DNA from: Lophium mytilinum | Lineage: Eukaryota | Direction of reading: 5' to 3' | Length of the DNA: 64,000 bases | NCBI GenBank assembly: GCA_010093605.1 | Contig: MU004189.1 | Coordinates: 751,834-815,833, forward strand | In this document: positions 11,909 to 24,152 of the stretch, in pieces | How the letters are laid out: every line of letters starts with the position of its first letter | How positions within the stretch are numbered: position 1 is the stretch's first letter | Translations under genes and position numbers: made by a program | The notes under the pieces: generated by a model | What the model saw: only the letters and a program-made list of their open reading frames with translations | What the model was told of the DNA's origin: nothing | Database searches by the model: none

Positions 11909-13390
11909 AGCCCTTACCATCAAGAAGATCTCTCACTGTACGCACTTGAAAACTCAGCTCCATGTACAACCACCCGACTCCACTCCTGCGCAGAAGAGCT
12001 CGCGCAGGTCCCGCCTGTGTCGCGTACCTGCGTCTCTTCCATCTCTCTCTCTCTTTCCTTCCGTCACTCTCGTGTTTCCATTTCATTAATTGCATTGCGT
12101 CTCGAGATATCCGACTTGCATAAACTGGGTCTTTGCGTATTAGATTTGTGCAGGGAGGAAGGATTTCTCGCCTCTAATGTCTCACGGCTTCTCTCTCCAT
12201 GCTGCCTATGTCTCTTCCGATAATTGGTTTCTGAGGGTGGCCGGAGCGGATGACGAAGTGGTAGGGCATCTGCTGCGGTGTTTGCAAGATGTTTCGATAG
12301 CTAGGTGGGCTCGACGTAGGTGGTGGCTCGCTGAGGACGCTAAACTGTTCCTGTTGCGATAAAAAAGTTGGGGGGGTGGGGGGTGTCATTTTCGGAGTCT
12401 TTAATTGGGCGGGTCGGATAGGTAGTCCAATGTCAGACCTTATAAAATATATGAGAAGTCTGAGTGTGGATGATGTGAGGTTTGTTATATGACATTGTCT
12501 TTCCATCTCCTCCCGTTTCAAAATGAGATGCTGGGGTGTCACAAGCAGTGGCAAGTAGGCCGACAATTGAGAGGAGTATCGAAAGATGCAGTGTCTTGTC
12601 AAAGTTCTGGGCACACTTGCGCACCACCACTGGAGGTGCTTTACGGCTTTCTTGCAGTTTCGATAAGATGTTAAATCCCTGAGAGCTTGATTCTGACATA
12701 TCACGCCGTGACAACTAAATATACCCCCGAAGTGCAGTCTCGAGACTTCAGTTTGGGTGCTTTTTCTGGCCACTGCTTGGGTCTACCTACAGGCTTTTCA
12801 TGACCTAAAGTCGATGTCAGGGCCAATGCAGTGGAAAATAGGCTACCTTTTAGTTAGGTGAGGACCCGCTAATCGAGGCACTCCTGACAGAGGTGTCCAC
12901 CTTCCAAAGAAGCACTCACAGTGGTACATCGGAGTGCCCGATCTTATAGCTACTACAATGTCAAGGTTGATACAGTACAATGTGACAGGCTTCTACTTGC
13001 CCCAATATCTGCGAGTTGGGTTACTCTTTACAGAGGGGTCGAGCGAGCAAGAGTAGAGCCTGGGTAGAATGATGCCTGTGTGTCCAATTTTACAACCTAG
13101 TAGGGCATTATATATTACCTCCTCGACCGAGCCCCCAGTTCTGAGCCCTAAATATGCTGTGCTGTACATCCGAAAACCCCCAAGCCAGCCACCGAAAGGC
13201 CGCGGCATCCCTACCCTAAAACTCCAATGCATTGCTATGCTCCGCTTCGCTATGCCCTGAACCCAGAAAAACTTGGCCGTAAACTCCAAACGCGATGATA
13301 GTATGCCGAAAAATCCAGACAATATAGCACCGGGGAGCACTCAGCCAGCCCTCAGCGCAAGATCGACAAGCCGATAAAAGCAGCCCATCT

Positions 13391-15422
13391 TCACCTCTCC
13401 ACCGGAACAACCTCAGACCCCTCGGGCACCGGCAGCCTCCTCCCCATGAAACTCTCCCACCTCTCCGGCTCCTCCGCCCTCGTCCGCTCCCGCGCCCTGC
13501 GATGCCTCACCAACTTCTCCGCCGTCTGCGCCAGCATAACCTTCGGCGCCGCATACTCCTTATCCACCTTCTCCCTCGTCAAATAATCATCCGTCACCTT
13601 CTCCATCCAACTCAGCGTCTTCCCGCCAGGCACAACCTCCATCTTCTTCGTCCTCGCATCATACCGCGGGCCCTTTTCCCAATTATCCAGCTTCATATTC
13701 TCCAGCCCCGTCGTAACGTTGAGCCGCTTATACCAATGATGCTCGCCCTTCGCAATCGTGCGCATCATCTTATGCCGCTCCTCGCCCTCCGTGTACTTAA
13801 TCAGCACGTTCTTGAACACGGCGAACTTCTCCGCCCACTTCTTCGTGAACTTGCGCATCCCAAACGGGCCCGGCCACGCGGACGCGAAGCCGTCCTGCGT
13901 ATGGTCTGGGCGGCCGGTGCCCACGCTGAGTAGTAGCCCCGGCATCTGGTCCTCGCCGCGGAGGGAGGCGTGCTCCGAGTAGGCGGCGTAGGAGGGGTTG
14001 TTTTCGCGGATGCCGCCGTCTTTGAAGCCGATTTTGCGGCCGTGGAGCTCCGCTTCGAGCATTTTGAAGAAGAAAGGCGCGGCGGAGGTCGCGCGGGTTA
14101 CTTGCCAGATTTTGAGGTGGTCGGCGCCTTCGTTGTAGGGTGTTACCCATTCTGGGGTGGAGTCGGAGTATTGGTGGTCGTAGGTGCGCAGGAGGTAGGC
14201 TTCGTCGATTTGGCCGCTGTGGGTGGCGGTGAGGCAGATTCTGGGGGATGTGTTAGCATTTGTGGGACGTAGAGGGCTGCAAATGGTGATGGTGGCAAAA
14301 GTTCTCCAAAAGTGTGTGGGGAGTACAGTACTAGGCCATAGGTCTGGGCACACGGATTCATCGCTGCTCGGCTTCAGTCTTGCGCACTTGATACTACTGA
14401 GAAGAGTAGTCCTGCAAGTCAGTAGCCAGTGAGTCAGGAAGCAGTGTGATTTGCACTGCTTGAAACTTGACATCGCGCCTAGACTTTCGAAAACCGTAGG
14501 GGTACCCCGAGCAGTAGTAAACGGGTGGCCTCAGACTTTTGGCCGGTTTCTGAAATGAAGGGGGCTCGTGAAGACATGATCTGGAAATGACTTACGTTTG
14601 ACATATTCGTTTTGAGTCTGTTTGTGGAACCATGTCTTCATCTTCTTGTTCTTCATGTTCTTCTTCTTCTGAAAGTGTTTCTTCTTCTGGAAGCGACGAG
14701 GAACTCTCGGACTGCTCATTGTCGCTCCACGGATGCCAATCCTCTCCGTCGCATTTGTCGTGGTGTTTGCAGTTCTTCCGGACGATTCGCCTAACAGCTT
14801 TCTCTAAAGGTTTGTGGTGGTATTTAGTCGCAAGAGGCAGCACGTTGCGCCGGTGACCAAACAGGTCATTGCCAACCTCGCGGTATATGTCCAGGCACTC
14901 TGGAATAGTCATACGAAGTCTCCCTAGTAAGACTGATATAAGGCCGCCAGTGCTGGTGCCGTACATAAAGTCGAAGTAGTGGCATAGCAGGAGGGTGTTT
15001 TCATCAAAAGTTTGCTGCTCTCCTTCCACGACAGGGCCTTCTTCTTTCTGGAGGCGCGCTTCGCATGCGACGATTTCATGGACGAGGAACTTGAGGATGA
15101 GGAGACTGGAGTAGCCCCGAATGCCACCGCCATCTAGGGAGTAATGTTAGTAATCGTTCAATATGATGGTTGAAGTACCAGAGACATGCAAAGTGCATGG
15201 ATACGCCGATGGCGCAAAGCGCAAACAGCTCCAGGATACCCATCAAGCTTCACATGCGCTGGCACCTTTGGGGGCTTCCAACGTACCTAGCGTCAAGATC
15301 AAATCGTCCCACGCATTGTACTGGTTCACTTCTTGGGTCCAGGCAACGCCCGAGTGGTCGGCCTGCGATGCGGTGGTCATGACGCTCAAGGGGCGCGGCG
15401 AGTCTGTCGGTGGTTGAAGCAT
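13391..15422 (-). CDS. Patatin-like phospholipase with intact catalytic motifs
   Basis: Exons 15422-15287, 15133-14596, 14240-13391. Spliced protein has DGGGIRG, GTSTG (nucleophile Ser), RATSAAPFFF and DGG..NNP. Confidence 0.9.
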
Positions 15423-17122
15423 GGCGGCGGCTATAGCAGTCTGTATATGAGAAAGCTGCGGTGGGTCTGTGTCCACTTGGTGGGTAATGCAAAACGAGCG
15501 GATGCCCCAGGGAGATGAGGCCCGCACTTAAGGCAGTCAGGGTGTGTTAATGAGGCTCATGTGCAGGGCAGGTAAAGGCCCGCTGAGGGTGGGTGCGCGG
15601 TGTGGCTGGGTCGCTTCGACTCATGGGGTCAAGTGCTCTCACAGCTAGGAGGGCTAGTTAGGGATCTGCCAGGGCTGTGAGACGCATCCGCGCACCGCAG
15701 TAGAGCAGGACACCCTCTTCGTGCAGCTGCTGCACCTCGGAGGGCTGAAGGAGCTGTGCGCGCGCTTCAGTTTGCCCTGCGGACGTATTGTTGCAGCCAT
15801 GGTTCAGGCGGTCGTCGTCTAATCCAGGGGCTGTCCTTCACCCTCCGCCCGGGTCTGTGTAACCACGGCTCGGGGCGAGCTGATGAAGTCATCCCGCCCT
15901 AAATCTGGGGAATCGTGGTTTAAGCATCGCCGGCCCGCTCGATTCTATCACGATGCACCAGACTTCAAAGGACCCTGAGAGATCACGACCCTGCTACCCA
16001 GATCAGGCTGTCGACGGTCGCCAGGTACAGCCCAGCGTACCTTGGCTGAGAGTGCCTTGTAGCCTGCGTGCTTCCTGTGGACTGCACGACTCCCAGCAAT
16101 AGCGGCTGTTTGACTGACAAAGGCCGAGCAAGCAGCGGCTAGGGGCCAGATCACGCCTCTCTCCGCGTCGCCCTGTGACGGAGGGCGGTCGGATCGGCTG
16201 GTTGGCTGAGCAAACAGGAGGCAGATGGCTGCAAGACTCAGCGCGAGACCGGGCCACGGGGGGTTGCTTCCATTACGTGACTGCGGTGCGACAAGAGTTG
16301 CCCTGTCCGACGTCCTCGAGTACTCTATGATGCTATTCCCGAGCAGTGGAGATCGGACTCACGACCTTAACGCGGTGAGAGCATCTTGGGGACCTCCTGA
16401 CGACGACAAGCAGCCAGCATCGGTGTCTGGCTAACTACCACAAACCACACACTGGCGTATCGGCGTCTGCAGCCTGCATGAAACGTGACAAAGAGTGGCA
16501 GAAACAGCTGGATTTTGATTGGAAACGACTGCAGAACTTAACCAACAGGATGCAGTCTCGTGCCACCTCCTGGCAGCACAGCCCCACGCAACTTTCCAGC
16601 TCTTTCTTTTCTCTGGAACCGCTCGTGCTGTGGTTCCAAAAGGGGGGCCTGAAATAGCTGCAGCATCTGGGAAAACTGGGATATCGGGAACAGACAGCGC
16701 GGAGGAGCAGTGTGCCTCTGTCAGCTCCCGAATATCAAAAGTTTGCAATAGTGAAGCCGAACGGGGAACGTCTACCGGCAGCACCAAGCCCGGAAGCAGC
16801 CGAGCCCTGTGGCGCCACAGTAACCCCAGCTTTTGGTGCAGTCAGGTTGGCAAACGAGCCACACTGCATCATCTGCATAGCGTGGGCCCTGCCGCTCAGG
16901 CAAGACTTCATCATCCTGCGTCTCTCCACCGCCGCTTCACCTGCCCTCAAGAACACCCTCCACAGTCACCGGGAACTGCTAACCCAGCCCCCTTCTTTCT
17001 ACATAACACCTACGCCGACTGAAATTCCATTGCCACCGGCCAACCGCTCACCGAACTTCCACACGGTCCAGCGCGCCCTGTCCTACTCCCACTTAGCAGA
17101 ATCCGCCCTCCGCATTGCGACC

Positions 17123-17708
17123 ATGAGTTGGGCAAGCAAATCCTCCGCCGGCACCAACTCGTCCAAGTCGTCCCTCAGCAGCCAGAAGTTCGGCCTCAAC
17201 GAAGACGACAAGAGTCCTATCCTCGTGTACCGCTACCGCTCCGGCAGCAAGAGCCTTGAAGTGTCGTCACAGCAGGACCTCTGCAAGAATCTCGATGCAG
17301 GTGAGTTTTCGACAGCCTTGTGTTTATGCCTAGCTGTGTCTTTCATCGCTAACAGGAGGCCGCTCGTACACAGACCCCAATTTGCAGAGCATACGCGTCG
17401 CCCGCAAGAAGATCCCACGAGGCAACAGCCGCGTCGAAGTGCGTGGCGAAGACCTATTCCCCGAGCAGGACCGCAAACGCTTCTCCGATCGACCCACGGT
17501 GAAGAGTTGTCTGGCGAATGTCGGATTGCCCTCGAGCGCATACTGGAAGAACCTGCTCTTCAACTCGTTCCCCGAACTCTACATCATATCGAAGTCGCCC
17601 TCGACGACGCCCAATAGCTCGGCGGACAATTCTCCAGAGGCGTCGCAGCATGTAACGCCCAGCACGACGTTTCCTCGGGATCACATCAGTACGCAGGACC
17701 ATTCGTGA
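17123..17708 (+). CDS. Hypothetical protein (~176 aa), two exons
   Basis: ccATG at 17123. Intron 17301-17355 (GTGAGT..GCTAAC.AG) joins two ORF-track fragments in frame. No recognised domain. Confidence 0.7.
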
Positions 17709-18507
17709 CCCAACGAAGCTGGATGCTACGGGAGTTGGGGCCGTTCAGCGACCGGACGAGACGGCAAAGTGCAGTCCTCTGTGACTCATGAGGATTGCAC
17801 TTGCAAGGAACTATCACCGTCGACTCAGGCTCTCGTTCAACCTTGCTACGTTGCATCAATCAACATGTTACACGAAAAGTCCGGGAACGTACGATCGACC
17901 CATCAGCGCCTCCTTTATACGTCGACGATACCCATTGGTTTCTATAAACGCATTTCAGCGAAGGGTCACGAGGTGTTCTAAGGCGTTTTCTGGCGTTCAT
18001 ACGGCCCAGTCATTTATCTCTTTCTTTCTTTCATTTCCTGTAAGGTTTTCTTGGATATGCAGATCAGCCTGGCATTGGCGATCTGATGAATGGGCTGGTA
18101 CTTTGCTCCTAATGCTCGGAAAGGTCATCATGTGTCCGTCCCTGTCTCTATATCATTCCATTTTCTATCATCTAAACATGGTATCAGTGACTGAACTTGG
18201 TACGATGATCATGATAAAATCAGCATCGCCTAGATAATGCATCTCAGCACGCATCAAGCCATCAAAAAGAAAAGCATACATCATCCGTCCGGCGCCAAGG
18301 ATCGAACTTGGGTCTTGCTTTGGCCCAAACACCAAAGCCAAAGCACATTTTGGCCAACTAAACCACACTGGATTGAAAGATTTCTTCAACAATCTATCTT
18401 AAAGGCACTGACAGGGTCAGAGCCTGTCCTACACTTTAGCTCCCATTGCCTTTGTCTAACAGCTACCCCACCAGCACCACCCACGCTTTTCCCGGTCGAA
18501 CCTCTCC

Positions 18508-19513
18508 CTACAACTTCGCCTCCCCCGTAATAACATCCCGAACAAGCTTCAGCCCCTCCACCGCAAACCTCACCATATTCGCCTCCCGATCCCCACCCAG
18601 CCCCGTCTCCACCTCGCGCGTCACCGTGCCCGCGGCCGACGTCACGGCTAGCGCGACATAGCCCCTAACCCAGTTACCCGTTAGCAGTGCTCTCGCAATA
18701 CCCTCAACCTGTCCTCGCAACCATGCCTTGGAAAAGAAAAGGGGAAGGAGGAGGAGAGGTAAACATACGGCGTCCTGTTCCGCGTGGTACCGCCCGTCGG
18801 TCCCGCGGTCCCGCTCTCTGAGACTGTGTAGGTTGAGCCGAGAGTCTTGTTGACGTGCTCGGCGAGCCCGGCGACGACGGCGGGGGTGGGACCGGCGTAG
18901 GTTTTGAGGATGTCGGGCGTCCAGCCGGCGTAGGCGATGCGGGATTCGAGGGTGTAGAGCTAGGAGGGGGGTATTTTAGTACGGGTAAGGTGGTGGTAGG
19001 AAGGGGGAGTAATGGGAGTAATGGGAGTAATGGGAGTAATGGGAGTAATAGGAGTAATGGGAGTAATGGGAGTAATGGGAGTAATGGGAGTAATGTAGGA
19101 TATATAGGAAATGTAGGAAATGTAGGAAATGTAGGAAATGTAGGAAATGTAGGAAATGTAGGAAATGTAGGAAATGTAGGAAATGAATAATGGGCATCAA
19201 CTTACAGTCAGCCCTCCCTGTCATCGACACCACATCAGCACTCCCTCTAATCCATTAGATATAGGTCATAACACACCTTGTAAAATCCGCTCGCACCCGG
19301 CCTGGACAGCAAAGCCGCAGAGATCAATCCACCAGCCGCCTATCAAAGATATACGTCAGCAATGCTTCACAAGACCATTGCATTATTTGGTGAAAAGGTT
19401 GTTCATCGTACAGTCTCCGCAACCGTGATCGTCTCCTTCCGCTCCTTCAGCAAACTCGCTACCTCCGCCGCTATCTCACGAATAGACTCAGGTGGGAATT
19501 CCGAAGATGCCAT
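18508..19513 (-). CDS. CinA C-terminal/PncC-like family protein, five exons
   Basis: Exons 19513-19412, 19339-19277 (end approximate), 19217-19206 (12 nt), 18959-18769, 18664-18508. Splices to MASSEFPP..LLKERKETITVAETAAGGLISAALL..PGASGFYKGGLTLYTLESR..SESGTAGPTGG..GYVALAV, a CinA-domain pattern. Confidence 0.88.
19005..19184. repeat. Compound 9-bp minisatellite: (GGGAGTAAT)x10 then (GTAGGAAAT)x10
   Basis: Read directly. 19005-19094 has ten units (one variant AGGAGTAAT). 19095-19184 has ten units (first two are variants). Lies inside intron 18960-19205 of the CinA-like gene. Confidence 0.97.
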
Positions 19514-20272
19514 AGTGCAAAGTGACTCAACAAGTGTTGATAGTGATGAATGTTAATCACGCTGAGCTGGCCGTATATATCCTATAGCGGAGGTAAATGT
19601 AGTAGTTTATTGCTTCTGCAGAATCATGTATCTAAGGCTCTACCTTCATTTGAAATCAGCTTGAAACGTTACAAATCCCCACCGCGGGGTCCCTGACGTA
19701 CATGTCCGACGAGGTGGGGTGGAGGGGTTCGGGAGATCGGCATTCGAAAGGTCGCCCTGCAGGAGGGCACGTGGAGGGGCGTTCCGAATAGAGATGCCGA
19801 GGTGAAACTTTGCATTTCAACTCTGGTTCCACTGCTCTTTAATGTGATTTCCATGATGTTTTCATTGCAAGGCATGGGTAAGGAGCAAGCATCCTGAGGC
19901 ACGTACTTCATTTTATTTCAGATCTTCTCCAGATATCTCGCGCTTAAAGGGAGGCAGATGCACCTCGATCCATCACTCCCTCCACACCAATGATCTTCCC
20001 GATGGTAAATCCTCTTCAGGTCATTTCATGGTGGCATGCTGTGCCATGCTGTGCCGAAGTTGCTGCCGCATGTGGTCTTACGCATGTAGTCTTACGCTCG
20101 ACGAGACCAGCTTGTAGGTTGGGGTGTATGACTACCAGTCCCGCTGACGGAGAGGACCTAGTAGTACAACTTTGATGGTTGATTTTCAGCTCAGGATGTG
20201 TCCAATGCATCGATTCACACATAAGGAGACCGAAACGCATAATACTGCAGAATGTCAAAACTGAACATCCTT

Positions 20273-21181
20273 TTACGAAAACATGTCTAAAAGGAACAGT
20301 AGTACCCAGGCATATTCGGCTCGAAACGGGTCCAGTATTTGCTCGATCCAGTAGCCCCAGTCATCCCTCCATGCTCCACACCCAAACAGCGCTCTTGAAT
20401 ACTCCCAGTAGCTTGGATACCATCCAGAGAACTCCCAGTCGATGATCACAAGCTCTAGGTCCGTTGTGTCCCACTGGACTTTGCCGTTTTCTGTTGTCGT
20501 CGGGGGATTACGGAACATTATATTTTTTCGCTGAAAATCTCCATGCGTGAAAACCGGGGCGTGACTATGAAAGATATCCTTGAAGGCGCGCGAGAAGTGC
20601 TCCGCCTTGTGTTTAGTAAGGCCTTCCTTGACATATCTGGCGAGCATAGTCTCATTTAGGTCCGACTCGGTATCGAACGGCCCATTGAATAGCTGCGAGC
20701 CATCCTCCAAATTGAAAAGCCCATCCGGCAATCCACGATGACCAAAGCTGCAGTATCCTCCCGGTGATTGTAACTTCCGCATCTCTTCGAAATGAAGGCG
20801 GAGATTCGAAGACACTCCCTCTTTTGCCGCTGGATCCATCTTTGACCAAATGGAACCTAGAGTCGGACCTCTAATGCGCTCCATGACGATGTAGCTGTAG
20901 GTGTACTTGTCGGGTCCGAGCCTCTGGTATAGCGCATAGACCCGAGGTACTGGAATAGTCGTTGACTGTTTTAGAAAGAGCATTGTCTCTCCCTCTTGTA
21001 GATTGACAAAGGCACCATATTTGACAACGAAGTGATCGCCAACTCCGACGACTTTGCCCGACACCACTGACATGCGCTCATTGAGGATTTCCGTTGCAGA
21101 TTTGATCTCTTCTATCGTGGGCAGTATAGCAGGAAGGCTTCCTTCATCAGCAAAGTACGGTAGGCTGAAGGAGGCCATCAT
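20273..21181 (-). CDS. Phosphotransferase (APH/choline-kinase-like) family protein
   Basis: Intronless ORF with VVKYG, EGETM, IPVPRVY, FTHGDFQRKNIM and IIDWEFSGWYPSYWEY. Confidence 0.9.
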   Translation of the reverse strand: MMASFSLPYFADEGSLPAILPTIEEIKSATEILNERMSVVSGKVVGVGDHFVVKYGAFVNLQEGETMLFLKQSTTIPVPRVYALYQRLGPDKYTYSYIVMERIRGPTLGSIWSKMDPAAKEGVSSNLRLHFEEMRKLQSPGGYCSFGHRGLPDGLFNLEDGSQLFNGPFDTESDLNETMLARYVKEGLTKHKAEHFSRAFKDIFHSHAPVFTHGDFQRKNIMFRNPPTTTENGKVQWDTTDLELVIIDWEFSGWYPSYWEYSRALFGCGAWRDDWGYWIEQILDPFRAEYAWVLLFLLDMFS

Positions 21182-21572
21182 AGAAACTGTCGAAGAAATC
21201 TAGAGTGAAATTGGGGCGACTAATGGTAGTGTGACGGAGAAGAGAAAGATGGTACCTAAGGAGTGAGATGCGTCGTGCGCCACAGCTTGGACCGCTTCTG
21301 CCTGCATCCTCACATTCACGCCACCCCCGTCTTCACTGTCTCTTTCTCTTCAATCATGCCGGCAATTCCAAACCGACCCTCTGTATCTTCCAGCTATCAA
21401 ACTTCGGACTACGCACTAGTCTTTAGTGAGCGACCATTGCCCAAAGACAGCTAGCGCGAGACTATCACATTTCAGACTTCTATAGGAGCTTTCAAATACA
21501 GAGACCCCCACTCAAAGTTTTCTACTTCTCGTCCAACTTTTCTTGTGTTGACCGGCCGCTATTGATTTTCTC

Positions 21573-24152
21573 TCATATCAGGTTGAAAGTTTCAATAGGA
21601 TACTGGCCCAAAGCCTCTCCATACATCAATCCATGAACGTAACAATCTCCCACCAACTTCCAAGTGTTGCCCTCCGCTTTCCTCACCACAAAAGGCGTCT
21701 CAGCTCCCAGGAAGAGAACCAGGAAGTCGTCCTTTTGTGTGCCCGGCGGCACCACTGCCATCTTTCCCCCACCCGTGACCGCAAACCGTCTCCCAGCCGC
21801 GCATACCAGACCACGACACCACTCCGCCATCGACGCCACGTCTTCCAAGATCAAAGCCGGCACGTCGGATTCTGAAAGCTGTGTGCCGTTGGCCAGTATA
21901 CGCGACTGGAACTCAAAGGTCCTCTTTGAAGCCTTGTATCGTTCACTGCAAGCCATGGGAGCCGGGTGAATGAAGTCACCTGTTCCGTCCCGCTCTCGTA
22001 CTAAATCCCCAATCAGGGTGCGCCATAAAGCTTCGTCGCGCGGCTGAGTACTAGTGCTTAATTGGTAATTCTCGGGGTGACGGAGCGCTAGAAGCTGGGC
22101 ATACTCGGGGCCTATTGGGTAATTCGCAGGGCAGCGGAGCGCTAGGAGCTCGACCTCACTCATGAATCGTAGTGTCAGGGCGGCTAGGGAGTCTTTGGGG
22201 TCGTCCAAGGTATTTCCGTCTCCCATCCACGGGTAGATGTTGGCTGAGACCGCGTCTATTTTTTCGACCACCAGTGCTTGTACTGACAATGTGGTAGATG
22301 AGGCGTTGATAGAGATTGTCGGTATAGTTGAGCCAGACGCCGCATAGACGGCTCTTTCATAGCACGCTTGCAGCGGCGATACATCTGGCAGACAGCTGTA
22401 ATCTGGCACCCAGGACGGTAGGCCGTCAATCTCTCGCTTGTGTCCGATTCCAGCGTATTGCAGCGACTCCAATCTCTCATCTTGCTGCAGCAGCAGTTTC
22501 GTTGTACGCCTGTATACTTCTTCTGGGGTCTCACCGAACGACTTAAAGAGTCTGCCTTTATGCTTCTCTGCACTGAGGGCAACAAGACTAAACACATAGT
22601 CCTCTTTTCGCGTGGCCTTGAACATGATAGCCTCACGTAAAATGGTGGTCAGACTCGCCTCCAGTCCCCGTTGGGCCCTTATCCTGAACCCCGCAAGTGT
22701 ATTCACCTGGGCGAACCCCTTTCCCCTCCCTTCATCCATCATAACCATCGACTCCCGCATATTCCCGCGCGATTCATCTCCGAGGTAATAGCAAACGGAA
22801 GCGAGTAAATCCCAATGTAGCCACACATTGCCATACCTGACGTCTACCTGGGGGGCAACGGAAATCTCCTGAATGATCCAAACACGAAAGAAACAGGGTC
22901 GTCCGATCATATCCCTTAATATCTGAATATGCTTATCATCCTGTTTACCGTCGACGGTCGCTATTTCAAGCAGTTCCTCCCTCTGCTTCCTTATGTCTTT
23001 GATTCTAACATAATTGGCTTTATTCATCGCCTTCAACGCTCTCCCTGCCTCCTGTGCCTCGAAGGATTCGCCAACCCATAATATTGTCCGCCGCGCACCG
23101 CTGTAAATCTCGCGCATGAGCGGGATCTGCGCGCCTTTTTCCGTGGAGCTGGGTGACTGGTCGATGCAGATGTAGTCGAGCCAGACAAAACGGGGTTCCA
23201 GGATGGAAGCGCGGTCGGTGAGGACCTTAAACGCATTTTCGGGGAACTTCATGCAGTAGCGATTTTTGTCAACATGGAGGACGAGGAATCTGGTAGGCTT
23301 CTCGCTGCCCCAGCAGTATGAGAGCGCGTCATATACCGGAGTATCCGGCGAATCGAGATCGTGCATTTCGAGCGTGCAATGTAGGGTGCGTGACCTCCGT
23401 GTATGTACACGGAGGAGCCGGAAAGAACGAGGGGAAGGTAGAGATTCGTAGGTGTATGCTGAGTATTGAGGTGCTCGATCAAGAGATCCGCCTGATTGGA
23501 TGAAGGGCAACCATCTGCGACGAGTCGCTGCGGAGGCGTAGGTACATAAGATGCAGTAACGCCTGATGAGCATAATTGGCCCGACGCATACCCAGATGGG
23601 TATTCCAGGGATGGCTCCTCCAATCGCAATGGCGGCAAATAAGATTGTAGCGTAGGGGTTGGCGGCTTCCTCAGTGAGAGTTTGGGACTCGCGATTGAAG
23701 TATAACCAAAGCATTATCACCACGGGGCTGGAAAGTAAAAGGGCGTACACTTCCACCTTAGCCAGGAAGATGACATTTGACATAGTGAGGTAGCGCAACA
23801 GCAAAACCGTTAGGAGGTACTGCATCACTCCCTCTGCATTCATCTGTATCTGCCCTCCGAGCAGCTAGTCGGGCTGGTCGGTATGGAACCAAGTCCATAT
23901 ATTCTTTCCGAGAGTTACGGCTTCTGGGAGCAGCCCGTATGAGGGCGCATAGATGGCCACGGGGTGGAAATAAATGACCCAGGGGGTAGAGAAAGTGACC
24001 AGAGGGATTAGGTCAGGTATGTAGAAGGCTGGGTTAGCGAGATAGGAGACGATCCTGGCGATAAAGGCGTGCAAAGCAGCCGTCCCAATGATGGAGAGAA
24101 AAGCTAGGGATCTGGCTTTGAGCACTTGGCGCTCAACGTCGCTGAATTCCAT
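21573..24152 (-). CDS. HET-domain protein (HET-6-like) with hydrophobic N-terminal region; 5' end uncertain
   Basis: YDALSYCWG, VWLDYICIDQ, LMREIYS, RVWIIQE, LPSWVPD and C-terminal LVGDCYVHGLMYGE. Upstream ORF 23865-24152 is in the same frame, separated by one TAG at 23865-23867. Confidence 0.85.

Noticed and set aside
16712..17617. 301-aa ORF
   Set aside because: Better explained as a 5' leader plus exon 1 plus read-through of intron 17301-17355 in the wrong frame.
18855..19233. Repetitive ORFs (GSN/GNV repeats on +, FLH/YSH repeats on -), superficially amyloid-like; also CRISPR-like periodicity
   Set aside because: They are translations of the intronic minisatellite. There are no spacers, and the surrounding sequence is explained by CinA exons.
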